Part shown: in pieces, positions 19,525 to 28,653 of the stretch
How the letters are laid out: every line of letters begins with the position of its first letter
Position numbering within the stretch: the stretch's first letter is position 1
Source: Octopus sinensis
Taxonomy: Eukaryota
Direction: 5' to 3'
NCBI RefSeq assembly: GCF_006345805.1
Contig: NW_021833504.1
Span: forward strand, 1 to 28,653
Length of the DNA: 28,653 nt
Made by a program: the position numbers and the translations under genes
The notes under the pieces: model-generated
The model's input: the letters and a program-made list of their open reading frames with translations, nothing else
Told to the model about the DNA's origin: nothing
Database searches by the model: none

Positions 19525-22500
19525 CTTTACATGGTAGCGAGACCTGGTAGAAATAGCAGCCAAAGCTCCCTCAAATTACACCTTACTGTATGTATGTATG
19601 TATGTATGTATGAGCCAATGAGGGAGACCTCTACATGGTAGCTAAACCTAGTAGAAATAGCAGCCAAATTTCCCTCAAATTACACCTTACTATATGTATG
19701 TATGTATGTATATATGTATGAGCCAATGAGGGAGACCTCCACAGGGTAGCTAAACCTAGAAGAAATAGCAGCCAAATCTCCCTCAAATTACACCTTACTG
19801 TATGTATCTACGTATATATGTTTGAGCCAATGAGGGAGACCTCTACATGGTAGCTAAACCTAGTAGAAATAGCAGCCAAATCTCCCTCATATTACACCTT
19901 ACTGTATGTATGTATGTATGTATGTATGTATGTATGTATGTATATATGTATGAGCCATTGAGGGAGACCTCTAACATGGTAGCTAAATTCAGTAGAGATA
20001 GCAGCCAGAACTTGCAATCAAACCCAACTTTCTTTTAAATGTATGAGCCAATAAGGGCGACTTCTACATGGTAGAAATAGCAGCCAAATCTCCCTCAAAT
20101 TACACCTTACTGTATGTATGTATGTATGTATGTATATATGTATGAGCCAATGAGGGAGACCTCTACATGGTAGCTAAACCTAGTAGAAATAGCAGCCAAA
20201 TCTCCCTCAAATTACACCTTACTGTATGTAGGTATGTATGTATGTATGTATGTATGTATATATGTATGAACCATTGAGGGAGCCTCTAACATGGTAGCTA
20301 AATCCAGTAGAAATAGCAGCCAAATCTCCCTCAAATTACACCTTACTGTATGTATGTATGTATATATGTATGAGCCAATGAGGGAGACCTCCACAGGGTA
20401 GCTAAACCTAGAAGAAATAGCAGCCAAATCTCCCTCAAATTACACCTTACTGTATGTATGTATCTACGTATATATGTTTGAGCCAATGAGGGAGACCTCT
20501 ACATGGTAGCTAAACCTAGTAGAAATAGCAGCCAAATCTCCCTCAAATTACACCTTACTGTATGTATGTATGTATGTATGTATGTATATATGTATGAGCC
20601 ATTGAGGGAGACCTCTAACATGGTAGCTAATCCAGTAGAAATAGCAGCAAATCTCCCTCAAATTACACCTTACTGTATGTATGTATGTATGTATGTATAT
20701 ATGTATGAGCCATTGAGGGAGACCTCTAACATGGTAGCTAAATCCAGTAGAAATAGCAGCCAAATCTCCCTCAAATTACACCTTACTGTATGTATGTATG
20801 TATGTATGTATGTATATATGTATGAGCCATTGAGGGAGACCTCTAACATGGTAGCTAAATCCAGTAGAAATAGCAGCCAAATCTCCCTCAAATTACACCT
20901 TACTGTATGTATGTATATATGTATGAGCCAATGAGGGAGACCTCTACCTGGTAGCTAAATTCAGTAGAGATAGCAGCCAGAACTCCTTGCAATCACACCC
21001 AACTTTCTTTTAAATGTATGAGCCAATAAGGGCGACTTCTACATGGTAGCTAGACCTAGTAGAAATAGCAGCCAGATCTCCCTCAAATTACACCTTACTG
21101 TATGTATGTATATATGTATGAGCCAATAAGGACGACTTCTACATGGTAGCTAAACCTAGTAGAAATAGCAGCCAAATCTTCCTCAAATTACACCTTACTG
21201 TATGTATGTATGTATATATGTATGAGCCAATGAGGGAGACCTCTACCTGGTAGCTAAATTCAGTAGAAATAGCAGCCAGAACTCCTTGCAATCACACCAA
21301 CTTTCTTTTAAATGTATGAGCCAATAAGGGCGACTTCTACATGGTAGAAATAGCAGCCAAATCTCCCTCAAATTACACCTTACTGTATGTAAGTATGTAT
21401 GTATGTATGTATATGTATGAGCCAATGAGGGAGACCTCTACATGGTAGCTAAACCTAGTAGAAATAGCAGCCAAATCTCCCTCAAATTACACCTTACTGT
21501 ATGTATGTATGTATGTATGTATGTATGTATGTATGTATGTATGTATGTATGTATGAGCCAATGAGGGAGACCGCTACATGGTAGCTAAACCTAGTAGAAA
21601 TAGCAGCTAGATCTTGCAATCACACCCAACTGTTTTTTGAATGTATGAGCCAATAAGGGCGACTTCTACATGGTAGCTAGACCTGGTAGAAATAGCAGCC
21701 AAATCTTCCTCAAAACATCTGCTTGTCTTGTGTCTATATGTATGTATGAACCAATGAAGGTGACCTCTACATGTTTGTTAGATCTAGTAGAAATAGCAGC
21801 CAGATCTCCCTCAAAGCATCTGCTTGCCTTGTGTGTATATGTATATATGAGCCAATGAAGGAGACCTCTACATGATAGTAGAAATAGCAGCCAGATCTCC
21901 CTCAAAGCATCTGCTTGCCTTGTGTGTATATGTATATATGAGCCAATGAAGGAGACCTCTACATGATAGTAGAAATAGCAGCCAGATCTCCCTCAAAGCA
22001 TCTGCTTGCCTTGTGTGTATATGTATATATGAGCCAATGAAGGAGACCTCTACATGATAGTTGAAATAGCAGCCAGATCTCCCTCAAAGCATCTGCTTGC
22101 CTTGTGTGTATATGTATATATGAGCCAATGAAGGAGACCTCACATGATAGTAGAAATAGCAGCCAGATCTCCCTCAAAGCATCTGCTTGCTTGTGTGTAT
22201 ATGTATATATGAGCCAATGAAGGAGACCTCTACATGATAGTAGAAATAGCAGCCAGATCTCCCTCAAAGCATCTGCTTGTCTTGTGTGTATATGAGCCAA
22301 TGAAGGAGACCTCTACATGATAGTAGAAATAGCAGCCAGATCTCCCTCAAAGCATCTGCTTGCCTTGTGTGTATAGTATTATAGAGCCAATAAGGAGACC
22401 TCTACATGATAGTAGAAATAGCAGCCAGATCTCCCTCAAAGCATCTGCTTGCCTTGTTGTATATGTATATATGAGCCAATGAAGGAGACCTCTACATGAT

Positions 22501-22770
22501 AGTTGAAATAGCAGCCAGATTTCCCTCAAATCACACCCTACTGTCTTTTGTATGTATATATGTATGAGCCAATGTGAGAGACCTCTGTATGGTAGCTAGA
22601 CCTGTTAGAAACACCAGTCGTGTCCCCTACAAGTGACACCCTATCCTCTTACGTGTGTGTATGCATATGTGTGTGTGTGTATGAACCAGTGAGAAAGACC
22701 TCTTTATGACGACTACATCTGGCAAAAATAGCAGCCAAATTATCCTCAACTTCACATCTTACTGCTGTCT
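19525..22770. repeat. Satellite array, about 30 units: ~105-130-bp subfamily with variable (TATG)n, then a 91-bp subfamily
   Basis: Unit ACATGGTAGCTAAACCTAGTAGAAATAGCAGCCAAATCTCCCTCAAATTACACCTTACTG(TATG)n..GAGCCAATGAGGGAGACCTCT. The second subfamily (CAAAGCATCTGCTTGCC) has marker spacing 21850, 21941, 22032, 22123. Degenerate units at both edges. Confidence 0.95.
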
Positions 22771-22821
22771 TATTTATATATCTATGTGCCCCCCCTTCTC
22801 TCATGAATGATCTCTTTTTTT

Positions 22822-23046
22822 TTTTACTCTTTTTACTTGTTTCAGTCTTTTGACTGCGGCCATGCTGGAACACCGCCTTTAATCGAGCAACTCAACCCCG
22901 GGACTTATTCTTTGTAAGCCCAGTACTTATTCTATCGGTCTTTTTTGCCGAACCGCTAAGTGACGGGGACATAAACACACCAGCATCGGTTGTCAAGCAA
23001 TGCTTGGGGGACAAACACAGACGCACAAACACATATATATATAATA

Positions 23047-23094
<48 letters not shown>

Positions 23095-23236
23095 TACGAC
23101 AGGCTTCTTTCAGTTTCCGTCTACCAAATCCACTCACAAGGCATTGGTCGGCCCGAGGCTATAGTAGAAGACACTTTCCCAAGGTGCCACGCAGTGGGAC
23201 TGAACCCGGAACCATATGGTTGGTAAGCAAGCTACT
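22822..23236 (-). mobile_element. SINE-A, near full-length (5' end truncated)
   Basis: Tail, internal (TA)n and core intact; head stops at GCAAGCTACT. Confidence 0.92.
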
Positions 23237-23699
23237 GGATCTTTTCAGTTTCAAGGCCAGATTTTCTTAGTTAGCTAAACAATTTGAAACTTCGTATACT
23301 GGTAGAATGTGTCAAAAGAAAACATAATTGTAACCAAAAATGAAAAGGGAATTGTAATTTCTAAGTTTAACGTTGTTTAATAATTCGAATTTTAACCAAT
23401 GATATTCTTTCTTTCGACCTCATATTATTTACTGCCTCTCAAAATATTGTTACTGTGACGTAAACAGCTATTTTGTGACGTAGTTAACGTAAACATGTAA
23501 ATAGACCTACAGATTCGTTTGTGACGTAAACATCCGTTCATCGTAAACAGCTAAATTCGCTTGGCATCGTACACAGCTTTTTCAGTTCCCTAGAATTATA
23601 TTTGAAAGAAAATAAAAATAAAAAGATTCATACGCATAAATATCCATACTTAGACATCAGAAAATGAGTGTTTAAATTATTTTCCATTGTTTGCATTGC

Positions 23700-23744
<45 letters not shown>

Positions 23745-24432
23745 TACATACATACATACACACATACTAAAATTACATCGTTGGAGCAGTAATTTATTTA
23801 TGTATTTTTTGTTATACAATTTATTTTAAAGCTGAATCCCTATCCTGCCATTAACCCCTTTCTTATAAAATAGTTGAAGAATCTGGAGTGTAGGTATTGG
23901 GCAGTATTGGAACTTTTAACTTCTTGCTCTCTATCTTATGATCTCCGAAATTTAAGAATCTTGTGTTAACTGGGCTCTATTATTTACTCTGACTCTGCCA
24001 CCACCTCAATGCAAAGACTATCAATATCAGAATCATCTTCACAACCACCACTACAACCATTACTACAACCTCGAATGCCACCACCACAACCCAAGACCAA
24101 TACCAGCATCATATTCAAAATCACCAATTATCACCACCACTACACTCTGCAATGTCTTCAACTCTACCATCCATGAGACATCCTAACATAATCAATGCTA
24201 CTACTACTATCATCATCATTATATCATCCATCCACTGCCGCCACCACCACCACCACCTCTACAAAAACACCAACACTATAATTGCTGCCATCATACACAT
24301 CCACTGTCACCACTACACAACACCACTGCCATGATAACCACATCTACCACCTCCAACACCATTGCCACCACTATCTATGAGACATCCTAAGTTAGAAAAC
24401 TACTTTCACTTTCTAGTTGCTCTTTGAGTTTA

Positions 24433-24840
24433 TCTTTATATATAAAAGAGAGGTTGTGTGTCTGTCTCCTACGATTTAGATTCCTAACTACTCCCACATT
24501 TTGCGATGCAGTTTAACCAAAACCGGGTATCTTATAGTCGTGATTCATATAGTCGCGCCTATCGTTCTGGGTATTAGCGCGCGTCTACGATGAGTCTACG
24601 ATTTTAAAAAAAAAAATTTACCATAATTTTTTTCCATTTTAATGCATTTTTTCGATATTATATAAGGGAAGTAACTCTCTAAAAATGTCTACGATGAGTC
24701 AACGATTTAAAAAAAAATTTACCATCATTTTTTTCCATTTTTAATGCACTTTTTTTGCTATTTTTTGGCTATAACTCTCTAAAAATGCTTATATAGTTAT
24801 TTCCCTTACAAACCCGAGCAACGCCAGGCGATACTACTAT
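24433..24840 (+). mobile_element. Non-autonomous Helitron, single copy of the 6654 family
   Basis: A|TCTTTATATATAAAAG 5' end; same internal subrepeats; hairpin CCCGAGCAACGCCAGG; 3' end mutated to CTAT|T. Confidence 0.85.
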
Positions 24841-25430
24841 TTATATCTAATCTATCTCTCTAAAAGATGCAAAGCAAGTAGCATTAAATGGTAAATGGAT
24901 GTGAGCAGAAAGAGAGTAAGTTCCATTCCAGTTTACAACAATTATAGAATTATTCTCAAACCATAAATGAAGGGTGGAGAGGTGTGAAGGAGGAGTCATG
25001 TTTCCTCTGAGAGGTTACAGAAGTAATAAGCACTGAAAAGTGGAGTTTGCGTTATTATTTTTGTTTCATAGTTTACAATTATTTCTACAAATTCATTTTG
25101 ACTTATCTTCAATCATGTTTATAAACGTGACCGCTGTGCCGTCCACTATAAACATTGATTAATGTCCTATATTTAAGCGGTAGACAAACACTTCAGCATA
25201 TTATTTTTTGTAGAGAGTTGCGAGGGATCATTTCTATGAACGGGGTATCTGTACAACGGATATGACTACATCATTAATTGTGGAGTCGTTTAAAAACACG
25301 ATGCAAGATTAAGTCAACATGGAATTTTTGAAACAATCATAAATTGTTCTATATTTAGAGATGAGGAATTCTGTACAATATTTATTTTTTTACATTGGAC
25401 GGATATTTGTCCTCATCTTGTTTGTTGCTA

Positions 25431-25475
25431 CCACAAAATTTCGGCTGATTTACTCTCCAGCCTTCATCAGGTGTC
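25431..25475 (-). ncRNA. Decayed minimal type I hammerhead in a pLTR-like fragment (~25380-25480)
   Basis: Minus strand GACAC-CTGATGA-A-GGCTG-GAGAGTAAAT-CAGCC-GAAA-TTTT-GTGG: perfect 5-bp stem II, 3-bp stem I, weak stem III; AATAAA downstream. Confidence 0.6.
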
Positions 25476-25717
25476 CTGGTAGAATTTTGAATCCAACCCT
25501 AGGTTCTAAGGTACCACGCAGTGTGAATGAACCCGAAACTATGTGGCTGGTATGGCCTGTCAGGGAGTCACCATTGCTTTCGCGCCTTTTACATTCTTAG
25601 CAGTGGGAGACGTCTATATTGCTAAGAGTATAAAAAGTGTGAAACCAATGGTAACGTCCTGACTGGTCGTAAACCACAACTACATTAGATATTACTACGA
25701 TATATCTAAAAAAACAT

Positions 25718-25943
25718 TTACTTGTCTCAGTCATTCGACATATTCTATCGGTTAATTTCGTCGAACTTCTAAGTTGCGGGGATGGAAAGGAAGTCAACAA
25801 GCGGTTGTCTGGGACAAGCACGAAGCTAGCCCCCTCCGGCCCACAAACACGTATATACGACGGGCTTTTTTCAGTTTCCATCGTCCAATCTATTTGGCCT
25901 AGTGACCAGGCAGCAAACTTCTTGTCACTCAGTCACTCCTACG

Positions 25944-25945
<2 letters not shown>
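25718..25945 (-). mobile_element. Internally deleted SINE-A remnant
   Basis: Pieces of tail (TTACTTGTCTCAGTCATT), core (ATACGACGGGCTTTTTTCAGTTTCC) and head (CAGTCACTCCTACGCC) in the correct order. Confidence 0.6.
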
Positions 25946-26014
<69 letters not shown>

Positions 26015-26025
26015 TAATATATATA

Positions 26026-26056
<31 letters not shown>

Positions 26057-26070
26057 GTATATATATATAC

Positions 26071-26172
26071 ACGTCCCCGTAGCTTAGCGTTTTGGAAAAA
26101 GAAACCGATAGAATAAGTGATAGGGTTCCAAAGAGTAAGTCCTGGGGTCGATTTCTATAACTAAAAAACCTT
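26071..26172 (+). mobile_element. SINE-A 3'-part fragment
   Basis: ACGTCCCCGTAGCTTAGCG...GAAACCGATAGAATAAGT...AAGTCCTGGGGTCGATTT. Confidence 0.7.
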
Positions 26173-26175
26173 CAA

Positions 26176-26232
26176 ACTCTGCTTGTTGTTCTTTCACCTG
26201 TCTTCGTCGTTTGTTTTCTGTAAATTTGAACT
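26176..26232 (+). mobile_element. P1 (Penelope-like) 3' fragment
   Basis: CACCTGTCTTCGTCGTTTGTTTTCTGTAAA, shared with ~6235-6270; ends in (CA)n. Confidence 0.5.
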
Positions 26233-26748
26233 ACACACACACACGCGCGCGCGCACACACACACACTCACACACACACACACGCACACATACACACACAC
26301 ATACATATATATATATAGGTAAAAGATTAATGAGTGCGTGCGTTACATAAATATCTTCAGGATTAAATAAAAAGACAACAAACGGAAAATATGACATATC
26401 TATATATATATAATTAAAAATAAACGTATTGTAAATAAACAAACGAACACATACTAAATGCACAGGCGAACAGAAAACACACAAGGTCACAAATTCTTCA
26501 TCAGTTATCAGCAAGAGGAGTCAAACGCAATTTCGGGCATTATCGATAATATTGTTTCTTTCGCTGTTCGCAAAAAAGTTCGTATTCCATATTTTCGTAT
26601 TTCGTATTTCCTGTTGTTTACCTTCTGTGACGTCCTGTACCCATATATGCATATGTATATACATATATATGTAAGTAAGTATATAATACATACACACATA
26701 CATACATACTACATACATACATACATACATACATACATGCATGCATAC

Positions 26749-26785
<37 letters not shown>

Positions 26786-27010
26786 CATTATCTATAAACA
26801 TTACAATTGTTTCGACACACTTTTTACACTTGTTCATTGGTGAGATGTTGTGTAATCATTATCACCAATTCAAGGTGTGAAATGCACCTTCTTTGAGTAA
26901 GACTTTATACGAGCTTTATATAGCATACCGCAAGGGTTTTACCCGTATATTTACTCGCGTATGTGTGTATATGTATAAAAGCGGAGCAAGGGTACACACG
27001 AAGACAGAAA

Positions 27011-27055
27011 GTGTCGCTGAAGAGTTCACAGAGGTGTGACGAAAGATTTCCGGAC
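27011..27055 (+). ncRNA. Minimal type I hammerhead-like motif with an intact core, in a pLTR-like context
   Basis: GTGTCG-CTGAAGA-GTTCAC-AGAG-GTGTGAC-GAAA-GATTT-C-CGGAC; TATAAAA upstream (~26973) and AATAAA downstream (~27085). Confidence 0.5.
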
Positions 27056-27217
27056 GATAAACATAAATTAGAATAAGAACAGTAATAAATGAGTGAAAAG
27101 GGAATTATATAGTGCGCCTGTTTATTGGCAAAAGAGGGAAAAAATAACAACAATCTGTTTCCAACGCACGGTTTCACATCAAGAATCTTGCAGCACACAT
27201 ATATATAAGGATATATT

Positions 27218-27280
27218 TACAGAAAACAACAAAAGACGAAGACAGGTGCAGGAATAACAAGCAGGTGCTTTAGTTTGACT
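27218..27280 (-). mobile_element. P1 (Penelope-like) 3' fragment
   Basis: Minus strand CACCTGTCTTCGTCTTTTGTTGTTTTCTGTAAA. Confidence 0.5.
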
Positions 27281-27298
27281 GAATATATATAGAGAATA

Positions 27299-27716
27299 CC
27301 AAGCCAAGTCAAGCTTGGCTTGACTTGACTTGACTTGACTTGGCTTGGCTTGGCTTGGCTTGGCTTGACTTGACTTGACTTGACTTGGCTTGGCTTGGCT
27401 TGGCTTGGCTTGGCTTGGCTTGGCTTGGCTTGACTTGACTTGACTTGACTTGACTTGGCTTGGCTTGGCTTGGCTTGGCTTGACTTGGCTTGGCTTGGCT
27501 TGGCTTGGCTTGACTTGGCTTGGCTTGGCTTGGCTTGGCTTGGCTTGACTTGGCTTGGCTTGGCTTGGCTTGGCTTGACTTGACTTGACTTGGCTTGACT
27601 TGACTTGACTTGGCTTGGCTTGGCTTGGCTTGGCTTGGCTTGGCTTGGCTTGGCTTGGCTTGGCTTGACTTGACTTGACTTGACTTGACTTGACTTGACT
27701 TGACTTGACTTGACTT
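27299..27716. repeat. Two-variant pentanucleotide array (CTTGG/CTTGA)n, ~80 units, with 3 inverted units at the left end
   Basis: CCAAGCCAAGTCAAG|CTTGGCTTGACTTGA, flipping between 27313 and 27314. Confidence 0.95.
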
Positions 27717-28157
27717 TAGTCGTGCGAATAAAGCCATAGCGCTCACTGTTGTCTCGTAGCCGCGGACATTGAGCCCAATGGCGCCCAGAGCCCATCTCAA
27801 CACACTCCTTATACCCTAAGGAAGGCATGAGTAAAATTTGAATGAAATTGGTTGAGTAGTTCTCAAGTTATAGGGAAACACACAGACAGACAGACACACA
27901 TTCTCAGATACATAAAAGAATGGGAGTGGGTGATGTTTTGTTTGTTGGAATTTTTAGGCAAATCAAACAGTGAAAAAACAAAAACATTAAACAAAAATAT
28001 AATATATAAAATTGAAAAATTTAAATTAAATTGAAAATAAAAATTATTAAATTATATTTATAATTTGTTTAAAAATATATATAACTATGAAAAAGTTTAA
28101 TATACATAAATACAGATATATCCACTATATATCTATATAAATATGTATATATAATGT

Positions 28158-28335
28158 ATATATACATATTTATATATAGAACACACACACACATACATTA
28201 TATATACATATTTATATATAGAACACACACACACACACATACATTATATATACATATTCATATATAGAACACACACACACACACATACATTATATATACA
28301 TATTTATATATAGAACACACACACACACATACATA
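28158..28335. repeat. Minisatellite, 42-46-bp unit x4, built from (TA)/(CA) runs
   Basis: Marker GAAC at 28179, 28221, 28267 and 28313. Confidence 0.85.
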
Positions 28336-28653
28336 CATATAAATGAACGCAAGAATATCTGATTCATAATATTTGTTCTCATGCTCGTGTGTTGTTGGTG
28401 ACAGACAGATACGTAAAAGAACGCCGATGTAATGGGAAGGTAAGAAACAGTGAGTGAAAAAGAGAGGAAATAGCGAGAGTGACAGATACTTTAAATAACG
28501 GTAGTGGGATTCTTAAAGTTATACATGAAGGGGAGTGAGAGGGTACTGGAGGAATAGCGTGAGTGAGGAAGATGGCCCCTAGCAACCACACCTTTTAAGA
28601 TAGGGATTTCTAAGGTAGCCCACTAGCTTAGTCACCTATTTCTACATGTCCCT

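Noticed and set aside
19525-22630. CRISPR-like reading (conserved repeat plus variable spacer)
   Set aside because: The variable parts are (TATG)n length variants, not unique spacers; eukaryotic context; no cas genes.
25200-25310. Possible exon after TTTTTTGTAG (25204-13)
   Set aside because: Short frames with stops, no recognisable protein motif and no clear donor.
26340-26510. Minus-strand CTGAAGA (26354-60) and CTGATGA (26498-504)
   Set aside because: No downstream GAAA or closing stems; at most decayed pLTR remnants.
27217-27828. SSQVK/PSQAK repeat protein, or an interstitial telomere
   Set aside because: A 5-bp repeat yields 5-aa periodicity in every frame, and CTTGG/CTTGA is not the TTAGGG telomere motif expected for molluscs.

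Overview
Eukaryotic, AT-rich, repeat-saturated non-coding DNA. I can support no intact host gene, rRNA, true tRNA gene or CRISPR array. The two SINE families and the microsatellite load resemble cephalopod (Octopus-like) DNA; this is inference from recalled repeat families, not from a search. The long ORFs in the track are microsatellite or polypurine artefacts. Contents: (1) about 13 pieces of a tRNA-derived SINE with an internal (TA)n/(TG)n tract (SINE-A) and 3 copies of a second tRNA-derived SINE with a Nin-like core (SINE-B); (2) a dead R4/Dong-type LINE ORF fragment (5590-6098); (3) two copies of a non-autonomous Helitron, one with three tandem 3' ends; (4) a ~156-bp CT minisatellite, a 3.7-kb polypurine array, a 3.1-kb CCAAT-rich satellite and a pentamer array; (5) small motif-dense unique islands (RFX, CTCF, NF-Y, E-box). 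The main unexpected signal is hammerhead ribozymes. A complete type I hammerhead lies on the minus strand at 13233-13298, inside an ORF-less, highly structured 512-bp unit. That unit is present as a direct plus perfect inverted partial duplication inserted in a (TA)n tract, which fits a retrozyme or non-autonomous Penelope-like element. Three further, apparently unrelated, minimal hammerhead-like motifs lie at 6150-6187, 25431-25475 and 27011-27055. All folds and motif matches were made by eye.
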